From positions 18,733 through 82,732 of the forward strand of contig JACOYR010000005.1 of NCBI GenBank assembly GCA_016181765.1: a stretch of DNA of 64,000 bases. The letters run 5' to 3'. Positions 35,827-45,159 of the stretch are shown here, piece by piece. Every line of letters starts with the position of its first letter. The first letter of the stretch is position 1. Position numbers and translations under genes: made by a program. Source of the DNA: Parcubacteria group bacterium (GTDB lineage: Bacteria; Patescibacteriota; Patescibacteriia; UBA2169). The notes beneath the pieces are model-generated. The model was not told the origin of the DNA and searched no databases. It saw only the letters and a program-made list of their open reading frames with translations.

Positions 35827-37280
35827 GTAAATTAAGCGACAAATATTTATTCGCCCACGAGGAGACGCACATAAATTACCTTTCCATTTTGCTTAATGGT
35901 CGGGCTTTTGCGCACCCCATGTTTAAACATTTTTTTGGGATGCCGTATTTTTATGACCACTGGATGATTTTTGTAAAAGGTGATGAGCGCTGGTATTGTA
36001 ATGCCAAAATGTTTGACGCTGTAAGCGAAAGAGTAGCGCAAAAAATCACCAAAGATAAATCATTTAGCCGTAAAATAGTTAGCCGCTCTAAAATAGTCGG
36101 TAGCCGTCTTTATGGCCAATGTTACGCTGCGTTAAGAGAAATTAAAAAAGGCCAATTGCCGGTCCGCCGCTGGATGGAAATTTTTGAGTTATTTTATCAG
36201 CTTTGCGCTCTGGGTTTGGGAGCGGTAATGTCTGATTTAGAACATAACCGTTTGTCACAAAAATTAGACACGATTGTTAATGAGAAAATAAGCCAACATC
36301 GTCTTAAGCGGTCGTTGGGAGAGTATATTGCCATTTTAGTGCAGTCAGACATGTCGACTTATACACTGGCTGCTAAGAAGGAATTATTGAAGCTAGTTAA
36401 AAATAAGCCAACGGACGCGGCTTTGAACAAATATCTCAAAAAATATTGCTGGCTGAATTATGGCCACCGCGGTCCGGCCTTAACTAAAGAAGATTTAATG
36501 CAACAGTTAGAAAAACTTTCAAAAAACGTTGCGGAGCGAAAAAATTTAACTATGGCGGTTGATCGGCGCGGCCAGATATTGCGCCAGGCGCGGTTGATGC
36601 AGGAGCTGCATTTGTCCGCGGCCGAGAAGCGGCTCTTTACTGTTGCCCGGGATTTTAACGGCATTAAAGCTTATCGGGCGGATTTAATGTTTTTAACTTT
36701 TTACGCCCTCAATCAAGCGGTAAATGCGCTGTCGCGGCAACTAGGCGCGCCAGTGAATGATTTATATTCTCTTTTGCCGCAGGAGTTCTTGGCAGCTTTA
36801 CGGACTAAAAAAATTCCCAGCCCGCAAATATTAAGACAGCGTTTTGATAAATCCGTAGTCCATATAAAGACTTTTGATAAGCTGGAAGTTTTTTTAGGCA
36901 GCCAAGCGGACGCCTTTGTTAAAAAGCATACGCCTAAAACCGGGGAAACGAGCACAGCTAAAGTTATAAAGGGTTTTGTGGCTTCATCAGGCAAGGTGAG
37001 GGGCATGGTCAAAATAATTAATAATGTCAGCGATATCCATAAAATAATCAAAGGCGATATTTTGGTGGCCGCGCAAACGATTCCGCAGTATTTACCGGCC
37101 ATGGCCAAGGCGGCAGCCTTTGTGACTGATATTGGCGGTATCACCTCGCACGCGGCCATTGTGGCGCGAGAAATGAAAAAGCCCTGCATCATTGGCACCA
37201 AGATTGCCTCTAAGGTTTTGCGAGATGGGGATATAATAGAAGTGGATGCAGAAAAAGGCGAAGTAATAAAAATTAAGTAA
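35823..37280 (+). CDS. PEP-utilizing-enzyme mobile (phosphohistidine swivel) domain protein with about 390-aa N-terminal domain of unknown function
   Basis: C-terminal ...AAFVTDIGGITSHAAIVAREMKKPCIIGT (PEP-utilizers His motif); N-terminal region no known motif. Confidence 0.7.
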   Translation: MSKLSDKYLFAHEETHINYLSILLNGRAFAHPMFKHFFGMPYFYDHWMIFVKGDERWYCNAKMFDAVSERVAQKITKDKSFSRKIVSRSKIVGSRLYGQCYAALREIKKGQLPVRRWMEIFELFYQLCALGLGAVMSDLEHNRLSQKLDTIVNEKISQHRLKRSLGEYIAILVQSDMSTYTLAAKKELLKLVKNKPTDAALNKYLKKYCWLNYGHRGPALTKEDLMQQLEKLSKNVAERKNLTMAVDRRGQILRQARLMQELHLSAAEKRLFTVARDFNGIKAYRADLMFLTFYALNQAVNALSRQLGAPVNDLYSLLPQEFLAALRTKKIPSPQILRQRFDKSVVHIKTFDKLEVFLGSQADAFVKKHTPKTGETSTAKVIKGFVASSGKVRGMVKIINNVSDIHKIIKGDILVAAQTIPQYLPAMAKAAAFVTDIGGITSHAAIVAREMKKPCIIGTKIASKVLRDGDIIEVDAEKGEVIKIK

Positions 37281-37285
37281 AAAAT

Positions 37286-38233
37286 ATGCAAAATTTAATT
37301 TTACCCTTCAATAAAATAAATAAATCATCAGTCGCTGCGGCCGGCGGCAAGGGCGCGTCTCTTGGGGAAATGTCGCAAGCTGGTTTGGCTGTGCCGCCCG
37401 GATTTGTAGTGTTGGCCAGCACCTTTGACCGTTTTGTCGAGGAGGCGGATATTGTGGATGACATTCAAGGGGAGCTGGACAAAGTTAATTATAAGGACAC
37501 GAACGCGATTGACCGCGCTTCAAACGTGATTCGGGACATCATCCGTGGTACTGAAATGCCGAAAGATGTGGGTTCTGTCATCTTGAGCGCAGCGAAGGAT
37601 CTGGACGCCAAGTACATGGCGGTCCGCTCCAGCGCGACCGCGGAAGATTCCAAAACCGCGTCCTGGGCAGGGGAGCTGGAAACATACCTGTTCGTCACCA
37701 AGAAGAACCTTTTGGAGCAGGTTAAAACCTGCTGGTCATCCCTGTTTACGCCGCGGGCCATTTTTTACCGCCACGAGAAGAAACTTCTTAAAACCAAAGT
37801 GAGCGTGGCCGTAGTGGTGCAGAAAATGATCAATTCCGAAGTCTCGGGCATCACATTTACTGTGCATCCAGTAACCGAGGACCGCAACCAAATGATCATT
37901 GAGGCAGGCTACGGCTTGGGCGAGGCCATTGTGTCCGGATCAATAACGCCTGACTCGTATGTGATTGATAAGAAAGATGAGTTGATTATGGATGTTTCTA
38001 TTGCAAAACAGGAAAAGATGATGGTCATTAAAGGCACAACCGGAGGTCTCAAAACCGTGAGCGTGCCAAAAGCAAAACAGGAAAAACAAAAGTTAGCTGG
38101 TCCGAAAATTATTGAGCTTGCCAAGCTGTGCGCGAAAATTGAAAAACACTACCAGCATCCGCAGGATATTGAATGGGCTTTGGAAGGCGGCAAGCTCTAC
38201 ATTCTGCAGTCCCGGCCCATAACCACGCTATGA
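37286..38233 (+). CDS. PPDK_N / PEP-synthase-type ATP-grasp nucleotide-binding domain protein
   Basis: AAGGKGASLGEM, MAVRSSATAEDSKTASWAGE, ...QDIEWALEGGKLYILQSRPIT (pyruvate-phosphate-dikinase N-terminal domain signature). Confidence 0.75.
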   Translation: MQNLILPFNKINKSSVAAAGGKGASLGEMSQAGLAVPPGFVVLASTFDRFVEEADIVDDIQGELDKVNYKDTNAIDRASNVIRDIIRGTEMPKDVGSVILSAAKDLDAKYMAVRSSATAEDSKTASWAGELETYLFVTKKNLLEQVKTCWSSLFTPRAIFYRHEKKLLKTKVSVAVVVQKMINSEVSGITFTVHPVTEDRNQMIIEAGYGLGEAIVSGSITPDSYVIDKKDELIMDVSIAKQEKMMVIKGTTGGLKTVSVPKAKQEKQKLAGPKIIELAKLCAKIEKHYQHPQDIEWALEGGKLYILQSRPITTL

Positions 38234-39167
38234 ACATTCACTCTTTCAAACACAATGATTGGACTAAAATCTACGATGGGAGATGGAGTTTTTTGAGTAG
38301 CACTCATTTTATTGAACAGTACACCAGAGAAATCAAGTTCGGCGGCCGGCCGTTTAAAACGCAGTCAATTGTTTTTGTGTCTGGGGGCCGCAGTTCTGGC
38401 TGGATGCGGCAATCGGACAGGGACAGGCTGGGCAATTATTTATCCAAATCTATGACGAGTTTTGGCGGCGACTGCTGGTTTACTACCAGCCGCATATAAA
38501 CATCAAGTATGTCGTGGACTATTTGCAGGAAGATTTACTCAAGAAGTATTTGCCGGATTTAGAGGCTGCTCGCCTGGCGGCGGAGCCGGTTCTGAACCGA
38601 ACAGAAGATTTTATGGTTAGTTTCGCAAAACTGTTGGCAAAACAGACGAAGTATCATTACATGTCATTACTCTGTTTGACCAAAGAGGAGTTGCAGCGTT
38701 ATTTTATTGCCGGGACACTGCCTAAAGAGCAGGAACTAAAACAGAGAAATACGAAAGCAGCGCTCCTGCGTGACCGCAAGGAATTCAAATTTTTTACCGG
38801 CAGGAACGTTAATGCAATTGAACGGTTGGTGCACGCAGGCAGCAAGGCCTCATCGGTGAAAGGGGTAACGGCTTTCGGCGGTAAGGTGTTAGGGGTGGCG
38901 AGGATTGTTCTTGACCCGCGTTTGTCAAAAGGGTTCAACGAAGGCGATATTTTGATTTCCGGTTCAACCAGGCCCGAGTTTTTGCCCTTAATGCACAAAG
39001 CCGCGGCTTTTGTCACGGACGCGGGTGGCATTCTTTCGCATGCAGCCATCACGGCCCGCGAGATGAAAAAGCCCTGCATTATCGGCACTAAAATCGCGAC
39101 CCAGGTGCTCAAAGACGGGGACCGGATTGAGGTGGATGCGGAAAAGGGGATTGTGAGGAAACTTTAA
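38230..39167 (+). pseudogene. frameshifted paralog of the upstream PEP-utilizing swivel-domain gene (two overlapping reading frames: 38230-38499 frame 1, 38358-39167 frame 0)
   Basis: frame-0 ORF has intact C-terminal GGILSHAAITAREMKKPCIIGT but no ATG (only GTG at 38514) and is open upstream to 38358, overlapping a frame-1 ORF (MNIHSFKH...) that resembles the paralog N-terminus. Confidence 0.45.
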
Positions 39168-39202
39168 CAGCCTTGACACTATATCATTTACGATATATAC
39201 TT

Positions 39203-39568
39203 ATGGAGGAGGAATACAAAATTAGATACTACATGAACAGCCGGACAGGAGAAGAACCGACGGTTGAATATGTGGAAAATCTCGACAGTAAGAGCAGAGG
39301 TAAAGTTAAAAAGTATGTTGAATATTTGCGGTTATGCGAAGGATATTTAGATGAACCATACTCGCGGCATATAACCGGTAAAATTAGAGAACTGCGAGTT
39401 GATTTTTCCAACAATCGCCACAGAATTTTTTACTTCACATTTATCAAAAAGACCATTATTTTATTGCATGGCTATACCAAAAAGACGCCGAAAGCGCCGG
39501 AAAGTGAAATTAAAAAAGCCGTTGAAAATTATTATGATGTTATAAATAATCCGCAACTATATGAATAA
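39203..39568 (+). CDS. RelE/ParE-superfamily toxin, HigB/Gp49-like
   Basis: ...LRVDFSNNRHRIFYFTFIKKTIILLHGYTKKTPKAPESEIKKA; toxin-first gene order. Confidence 0.65.
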   Translation: MEEEYKIRYYMNSRTGEEPTVEYVENLDSKSRGKVKKYVEYLRLCEGYLDEPYSRHITGKIRELRVDFSNNRHRIFYFTFIKKTIILLHGYTKKTPKAPESEIKKAVENYYDVINNPQLYE

Positions 39569-39860
39569 GAATGATAAAAAATTCAAGGCAACCGATTGGC
39601 AGGAGATGTTGGCCAAGGATTTAAAAAATCCCGTATTCAAGCGCTATTACGACGAGTTCGGCAAGCAACTGGAGATTTCGTACAACCTGCTCTTGATGCG
39701 CAAAAAGGCGCGCATGAGCCAGGCTCAGCTCGCCAAAAAGCTCGGCACCACCCAGAGCAATGTGGCGCGCATGGAGGCGGGAAACCAGAACTTCACGCTT
39801 GGCATGCTCCAGCGAATTGCGGATGCGTTCGGGAAAGATTTGAATGTTTCGTTCGGGTAG
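39561..39860 (+). CDS. XRE-family HTH antitoxin (HigA-like)
   Basis: MSQAQLAKKLGTTQSNVARMEAGNQNFTLGMLQRIADAFG; overlaps toxin stop. Confidence 0.7.
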   Translation: MNKNDKKFKATDWQEMLAKDLKNPVFKRYYDEFGKQLEISYNLLLMRKKARMSQAQLAKKLGTTQSNVARMEAGNQNFTLGMLQRIADAFGKDLNVSFG

Positions 39861-39864
39861 TAGT

Positions 39865-40203
39865 ATGAGTGCCTGGAGTTTTGCCATTGTCAATGGGCGG
39901 CTCGCTGAAGTGCATTTTGATGAACGCAAAAAAATCTATGGACACTGCTACGTGGCTCGCGAAGAGTATAAAACCAAACAGGAACTGCGATGGATTGATG
40001 AAGACACCAAACGGTTGAGAATCGTGTACCGGAATAAAAAGTATAGGCAGGTTGAAAAAATGAAAAACGGGAAACTCGCGTTGGTTAAGCATCTCAAAAT
40101 AGCCCACTTCGATACCTCAAAGAAGAATATGTCGCCTGCATTTGATATGGCTCCCGATGCGATTGTGTGGCTGAATAGGGATAGGAAAACAAAAACAAGG
40201 TGA
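39865..40203 (+). CDS. hypothetical protein (113 aa) following HigA
   Basis: ORF only. Confidence 0.35.
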   Translation: MSAWSFAIVNGRLAEVHFDERKKIYGHCYVAREEYKTKQELRWIDEDTKRLRIVYRNKKYRQVEKMKNGKLALVKHLKIAHFDTSKKNMSPAFDMAPDAIVWLNRDRKTKTR

Positions 40204-40208
40204 GATAG

Positions 40209-40253
40209 GTGGAGGTGGATGCGGAGCGGGGAGTGGTGCGGAAGATTTGACAG
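40209..40253 (+). other. relic duplicate of 3' end of PEP-utilizing gene (encodes ...EVDAERGVVRKI*)
   Basis: about 70% nt identity to 39124-39167 (IEVDAEKGIVRKL*) and to end of 35823-37280 gene (IEVDAEKGEVIKIK*). Confidence 0.5.
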
Positions 40254-41384
40254 CTACACCAGCTCCCAGTGCGCATTCGCGGTCAGTTTGGCGGGATCGT
40301 CAAACTGTTTTTTTGCGATTTTGCGGTACGCGCTAACGGCAATCATGGCGCCGTTGTCCTGGGAGTAGGAAAGCGGAGAGATAAACAGATTGGTGTTCTT
40401 AGGAAGTTTTTTTTCCAGTTGAGTTCTCAATTCTGTATTTGCCGCAACGCCGCCCGCGAGAATGAAAGTCTTGGGTTTGGTTTGTGCGATTGCAATCAGG
40501 GATTTGGTGATGAGGATATCAACGATTGCCTGCTGGATGGAGGCTGCCAAGTCAGCTACGATGTCATTCTGGAGCCGCGTATTCGCGGCGATAGAATCCC
40601 GTGGATTGTTCGCGGAGATCCTATCGTCCGCTGCGCGGCCTCCAGGATGACGGGTTGATTTGAGACCTTCAACCAACAACCTAATGGCGTTTTTCATGCC
40701 GGAGAAAGAAAACTCGCAATCATTCCGTTCAATCATGGGCCTAGGAATCTCAAAACTCTCCGAGTCGCCTTTTTCTGCCGCTTTGGAAATAGAAGGTCCC
40801 CCGGGATAAGGAAGGCCGAGCATGAACGCGGCTTTGTCAAACGCTTCGCCCGCGGCATCGTCCCGTGTTTTGCCGAGGAGTTGGTACTCTCCGTGGCCGG
40901 GCATGAGAATCAATTCTGTGTGCCCGCCCGAAACAATCAAAGCAACCGCGGGGAATTTGATTTTTGCGGTAGCGCCGAAACCACCCCCTGACCCCCTCCT
41001 GTGTACAGGAGGGGGAGGCAATAGCACGGAGTAGATGTGGCCTTCCATGTGGTTCGTGCCAACCAGGGGCACGCTCCAGGCGAGAGAAAGGGTTTTTGCG
41101 GTTTCAACGCCAACATGCAATGAGGTCACGAGGCCCGGGCCTCTGGTCACAGCGATTGCATCAAGCGCGGATGGTTTGGTGTTGCCGAGTGCCTCATGAA
41201 CCGCGGGAATGATATTTTTCAAATGGTTGCGCGCCGCAAGCTCGGGCACCACGCCGCCGTACTTGTTGTGCAGCTTTGCCTGGGAGATGATCACATTTTT
41301 TCGTACGTAAAATTTACCGCCTCTGGCTTCCACCAGGGCAACACCCGTATCATCGCATGAGGTTTCAATACCCAGTATCATCAT
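40254..41384 (-). CDS. tsaD: tRNA N6-adenosine threonylcarbamoyltransferase
   Basis: GIETSCDDTGVAL, HMEGH metal site, ASKH fold; Gly/Pro-rich insertion. Confidence 0.9.
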   Translation of the reverse strand: MMILGIETSCDDTGVALVEARGGKFYVRKNVIISQAKLHNKYGGVVPELAARNHLKNIIPAVHEALGNTKPSALDAIAVTRGPGLVTSLHVGVETAKTLSLAWSVPLVGTNHMEGHIYSVLLPPPPVHRRGSGGGFGATAKIKFPAVALIVSGGHTELILMPGHGEYQLLGKTRDDAAGEAFDKAAFMLGLPYPGGPSISKAAEKGDSESFEIPRPMIERNDCEFSFSGMKNAIRLLVEGLKSTRHPGGRAADDRISANNPRDSIAANTRLQNDIVADLAASIQQAIVDILITKSLIAIAQTKPKTFILAGGVAANTELRTQLEKKLPKNTNLFISPLSYSQDNGAMIAVSAYRKIAKKQFDDPAKLTANAHWELV

Positions 41385-41968
41385 AGTTTGTTGATGCAGA
41401 CGAGGTAGGTTTCAAAACTGCGTTCCCGCGAGGCTTTTGGCTTGTAGAGGCGTACCTGCTTGAACATGCGTTCAGCGCGTTTCATCAAGTTTTTGGTTTC
41501 AGAACTCTGGAAGAGTTTGGCAACCAGGCTGCCTCCTGCCGCGAGATGCGTTGCCGCAAGCTCCAGGCTGCGTTCAACCAATTCTAAGGACTTTGCCTGA
41601 TCCCGGTCTTTGATGCCGCTCGTGTTCGGGGCAGCGTCAGAGAGTATTGCGTCAAATGGCCCATAGTCCGCCAACATGCCGCTTAAGCCAGGAGAGAGAA
41701 TATCCTCCTGCAGCGCAACCACGTTTTTTGCGCGGTACGCGATGGGTGAAATATCAACCCCGACCGCGCGGCCGGACGTTTCCACCAGCTCGCTTGCCAC
41801 CTGCAGCCATGAGCCGGGAGATGCGCCCAAATCAAGCACCGCATTCCCGGGGCGTATGAGGGCGTACTTGTCAGCGATTGCCTTAAGCTTGTAGGCGCTG
41901 CGCGCCAAATACCCTTCGGAGCGGGCCTTCCGCGCGTATGCGTCATTGGGAATGAATGGTTTTACCAT
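41381..41968 (-). CDS. rlmE: 23S rRNA (uridine-2'-O)-methyltransferase RlmE/FtsJ
   Basis: YLARSAYKL...LDLGASPGSW...DAILSDAAPNTSG. Confidence 0.9.
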   Translation of the reverse strand: MVKPFIPNDAYARKARSEGYLARSAYKLKAIADKYALIRPGNAVLDLGASPGSWLQVASELVETSGRAVGVDISPIAYRAKNVVALQEDILSPGLSGMLADYGPFDAILSDAAPNTSGIKDRDQAKSLELVERSLELAATHLAAGGSLVAKLFQSSETKNLMKRAERMFKQVRLYKPKASRERSFETYLVCINKL

Positions 41969-42038
41969 ACCAGTACTATACCACGGCCCGGGGACAACAA
42001 AAGCCCCAGCGTGCGCCAGGGCTTTTGTTGTTAGGTCG

Positions 42039-42128
42039 TCTTAAGCGTCGCCGCCTTCACCTTCTTCGCCAGCGCCTTCATCCGTGCCATCGCCTGCGCC
42101 TTCTTCGTCATCTTGGAAAATAATCATA
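42039..42128 (-). CDS. possible tiny acidic peptide (MIIFQDDEEGAGDGTDEGAGEEGEGGDA)
   Basis: GAGGAG SD 9 nt upstream; 29 codons; speculative. Confidence 0.2.
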
Positions 42129-42249
42129 ACGATTATCTCCTCTGCGCGCCTGTTGCGCGGAATGGGTCCGCGAGCCAGGCCAGGCAATGGTTTTGCGTCA
42201 ATCAGCGCTCATCCACAACTGTGCAAAAATCATCTTGACAGTAAAAATT

Positions 42250-42324
42250 TGGTACCGCTACGGGGAATCGGACCCCGATTACCAGGATGAAAACCTGGCG
42301 TCCTAACCATTAGACGATAGCGGC
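42250..42324 (-). tRNA. tRNA-Glu (anticodon UUC); the 3' terminus reads ACC, so CCA is not encoded (the adjoining CCA-like triplet lies on the opposite strand)
   Basis: acceptor GCCGCUA/UAGCGGU (G1.U72), D-stem GUC/GAC, anticodon loop UUUUCAU, T-loop UCCGAUU. Confidence 0.7.
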
Positions 42325-42386
42325 GCGGCGTCAGAGTCGGGGCTTCGGCTTACGTGTGCTGCTTACGCAGCCCACTCCAGCCTCGG

Positions 42387-42454
42387 CCCGCCTCTTCCTT
42401 TCGGATTTTTCCTTAACTCGCGAGTACGCGAGCCCAAGGAAAAATCCGGAGAGA
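42387..42454 (-). repeat. structured tRNA-leader repeat, copy 3 (5' leader of tRNA-Glu)
   Basis: gcccgcctcttcctttcGGATTTTTCCTTaactcgcgagtacgcgagcccAAGGAAAAATCCggagagaa. Confidence 0.6.
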
Positions 42455-42472
42455 AAATCCAAGAACATAGCG

Positions 42473-42501
42473 AGTATACAAAGTTTTTGGTTTTTGGTCA
42501 A
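42473..42501 (-). promoter_or_regulatory. sigma70-like promoter for tRNA-Glu (TTGACC-17-TATACT)
   Basis: minus-strand tttgaccaaaaaccaaaaactttgtatact immediately upstream of leader element copy 3. Confidence 0.5.
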
Positions 42502-42567
42502 ATTGCTATTGTTGCGGGAGGATTTTTTTAGTATACTTACGGGAGTTACGCATTAACCGCAAGAGCT

Positions 42568-43053
42568 ATGGTGCATTTTCTCAACAAATTGATTGGCATC
42601 AAGGAGGGGGAAGAAGAGGAGGTGGCGGCAGGCTCCGGGGAAGGGGGGCTGGAACGCGATTCCGATTCCGCATCCGCGGGCAAAGGCGGCGAAAAAGAGA
42701 AGGGCTGGCTTGATGAAAACTACGAGGGCCAGCTCTCGGTTGACGTGTACGGCACCGAGAGCGAGGTGGTGGTGGTTTCTACCATAGCGGGGGTCAAGCC
42801 CGAGGATATAGACATTGCCATCAACAACGACATGCTCACCATCCGCGGCCAGCGTTCCCAGGAAAAAGAGGATTCCGTTTCAGACCACTATTACCAGGAG
42901 TGCTACTGGGGCGGATTTTCGCGCTCCATCATCCTGCCGGTTGAGGTGGAGGCGGACAAGGTGTCCGCAAGCCTCAAGAACGGGGTGCTCGTTGTGCGCT
43001 TGCCGCGGGCGCGCAAGTCCAAGAGCATTTCCGTGCGCGTGAAAGAGGAGTAG
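42568..43053 (+). CDS. small heat-shock protein (Hsp20/alpha-crystallin family)
   Basis: alpha-crystallin domain, SLKNGVLVVRLPRA. Confidence 0.8.
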   Translation: MVHFLNKLIGIKEGEEEEVAAGSGEGGLERDSDSASAGKGGEKEKGWLDENYEGQLSVDVYGTESEVVVVSTIAGVKPEDIDIAINNDMLTIRGQRSQEKEDSVSDHYYQECYWGGFSRSIILPVEVEADKVSASLKNGVLVVRLPRARKSKSISVRVKEE

Positions 43054-43056
43054 GGT

Positions 43057-43257
43057 ATGCAGGCAAAGGTGGTGCACCATGCAGGAATGTATCGCCTGGC
43101 GTTGCCTGACGGCACGTCAGTGGCTTTGGATTCATCCGCCATTCCCAAGGCATTGGCCCAGGGCGGCGACTGCCAGATCGTGGTGGTGCCGGCCGGGGAG
43201 AGCGTGCCGGACGCGCAAGGGCGCGAACTGTTGAACCAACTATTACATACCGCATAA
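43057..43257 (+). CDS. hypothetical small protein (66 aa)
   Basis: GAGGAG SD; ORF only. Confidence 0.35.
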   Translation: MQAKVVHHAGMYRLALPDGTSVALDSSAIPKALAQGGDCQIVVVPAGESVPDAQGRELLNQLLHTA

Positions 43258-43281
43258 CGTAACGCCCTTTTTGAGCGCGCC

Positions 43282-45153
43282 ATGTGGGATTCCATAAAAA
43301 AGCATATACGGCATAACGCCTGGGAACGGCTCCTCGTGGTTTGCATTGTTGTTGCCGCGGTTGCGGTTGGGGCGTCCGCGGCGTACGCAGCCGTGTACCG
43401 GGATCGCGTGTACCCGGGCGTGTTCATTGGATCCTACCCGGTCGGGGGGCTCTCGGAGGGCGAAGCCCGGGAGCGCATTGCCGCATCCAGTGATGCGCTT
43501 GACCAGAGCGGGCTTATGTTCGTGTTCCGCGACCGCAAGGTGAACGTTCCCACGGTGGTCGCGACTACCGAGGATCCCGACCTCTCGTACCCTTTGATTA
43601 ATTATGACGTTGACTCAACCGCAGATGAAGCGCTTGCATACGGGAGGGAGGGCGGCGTGCTGCGGCAGTGGCAGGAGCGGGGAGCGGGGCTCATCGGCCG
43701 CGCGGCCGTGGTCCCGCATTACAGCTGGAAGCAGGACATCATTGCCGAGCTCCTGCGCAAAAATCTTTCGTCTTTGGAAGAGCCCCGCCGCGAGGCCCAG
43801 CTCGCCATTGAGAATGGGGTTGCCCATATTGTGCCGGAGCGGGAGGGCATTGTGTTTGATTACGGACGCGCGCTCGCGGACGCGCGAATACAGCTTGAAT
43901 CGCTTGCGTTCTCTCCGATTCCCCTCAAGCTCAAGCGCGACGTTCCGCTCCTCACCGCGTCCGCTTCCGAACCCCTGCTGCCCGAGGTCCAAAAGGCGCT
44001 GTTTAGCTCCGGAGCTTCCATCCAGTATCAGGGCAAGTCCTGGTACTGGCCGGCCGCAGCGCTGAACAGCCTGATTGAGATTAGGATCAACACCGAGGGC
44101 AGTGCGGAGCTCGGGTTTAACTATGAGCGGTTTTCGGAGCTGCTTGCGCCCATTGCCCAGGAGATTAATGTAGAGGTCCAGGAGCCTAAGTTCGCAATAC
44201 AAGGCGAGAAAGTGGTTGAGTTCAAAACTCCGGCCCCCGGCCAAAAAGTGGCGCTTAGCCACACCTTTACGACCTGGGAGCACGCTCTGCTTTTTAACCG
44301 CAGCGAGACTGTTGAGCCGGCCGTGGAAACCATTGAGCCGAGCCAGGGCATCGCTGACATCAACGATTTGGGCATCACCGAGCTCTTGGGCGTTGGCACG
44401 TCAAGTTTTGCGGGATCCCCGGCAAATAGGCGGCACAACATTGCGGTTGGCGCTGCCGCAGTGAACGGCAGCCTGGTTGCTCCGGGCGAGGAGTTCTCCC
44501 TGCTCAAAACACTTGGCACAGTTGATGCCAAAGCAGGGTATTTGCCCGAGCTCGTCATCAAAGGCAACAAGACTGTGCCCGAGTACGGCGGGGGCCTCTG
44601 CCAGATCGGCACCACCACGTTCCGCGGCACCTTGGCTGCGGGATTGCCCGTGACCGCGCGCCAGAACCACTCGTACACAGTGTCGTACTACTTTGACGAG
44701 AAGGGCCTGCCCGGCACGGACGCCACCATCTATGACCCAGCGCCTGATTACCGCTTTAAGAACGACACCAAAAATTACGTGCTCATTGCCACGCGCATAG
44801 AAGGGGACGAACTTTTTTTTGAGTACTGGGGAACCAAAGACGGCCGCACTGCCACGCAGTCGGACACGCGCATCTGGGACCGCGTGCCCCCGCCCCCCAC
44901 CAAGTACATTGAAACGCTGGATCTGCCGGTCGGAAAGACCAAGTGCACCGAGACTCCGCACGCGGGCGTGAAAGCCGCGTTTGACTACGCCATCACGTAC
45001 GCGGATGGGACCATTGATGAAACCACATTTACGAGCCAGTACCGGCCGTGGCAGGAGGTGTGTTTGATTGGCGTGGAAACGCTCTCCGAGGAACTGGACG
45101 AGCAGGGCCTTGAACTGGAAGACGCCGACATTTCCGCCGGAACTGTTGAGTAA
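43282..45153 (+). CDS. VanW/YoaR-family protein with N-terminal TM anchor
   Basis: VanW-domain region ...EYGGGLCQIGTTTFRGTLAAGLP...; 623 aa. Confidence 0.7.
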   Translation: MWDSIKKHIRHNAWERLLVVCIVVAAVAVGASAAYAAVYRDRVYPGVFIGSYPVGGLSEGEARERIAASSDALDQSGLMFVFRDRKVNVPTVVATTEDPDLSYPLINYDVDSTADEALAYGREGGVLRQWQERGAGLIGRAAVVPHYSWKQDIIAELLRKNLSSLEEPRREAQLAIENGVAHIVPEREGIVFDYGRALADARIQLESLAFSPIPLKLKRDVPLLTASASEPLLPEVQKALFSSGASIQYQGKSWYWPAAALNSLIEIRINTEGSAELGFNYERFSELLAPIAQEINVEVQEPKFAIQGEKVVEFKTPAPGQKVALSHTFTTWEHALLFNRSETVEPAVETIEPSQGIADINDLGITELLGVGTSSFAGSPANRRHNIAVGAAAVNGSLVAPGEEFSLLKTLGTVDAKAGYLPELVIKGNKTVPEYGGGLCQIGTTTFRGTLAAGLPVTARQNHSYTVSYYFDEKGLPGTDATIYDPAPDYRFKNDTKNYVLIATRIEGDELFFEYWGTKDGRTATQSDTRIWDRVPPPPTKYIETLDLPVGKTKCTETPHAGVKAAFDYAITYADGTIDETTFTSQYRPWQEVCLIGVETLSEELDEQGLELEDADISAGTVE

Positions 45154-45159
45154 AAACTA

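Noticed and set aside
42180-42250. Extension of the tRNA-Glu call with acceptor GCGCCGC
   Set aside because: That 5' arm does not pair with the 3' end. Shifting two nucleotides gives the proper G1.U72 acceptor GCCGCUA/UAGCGGU.
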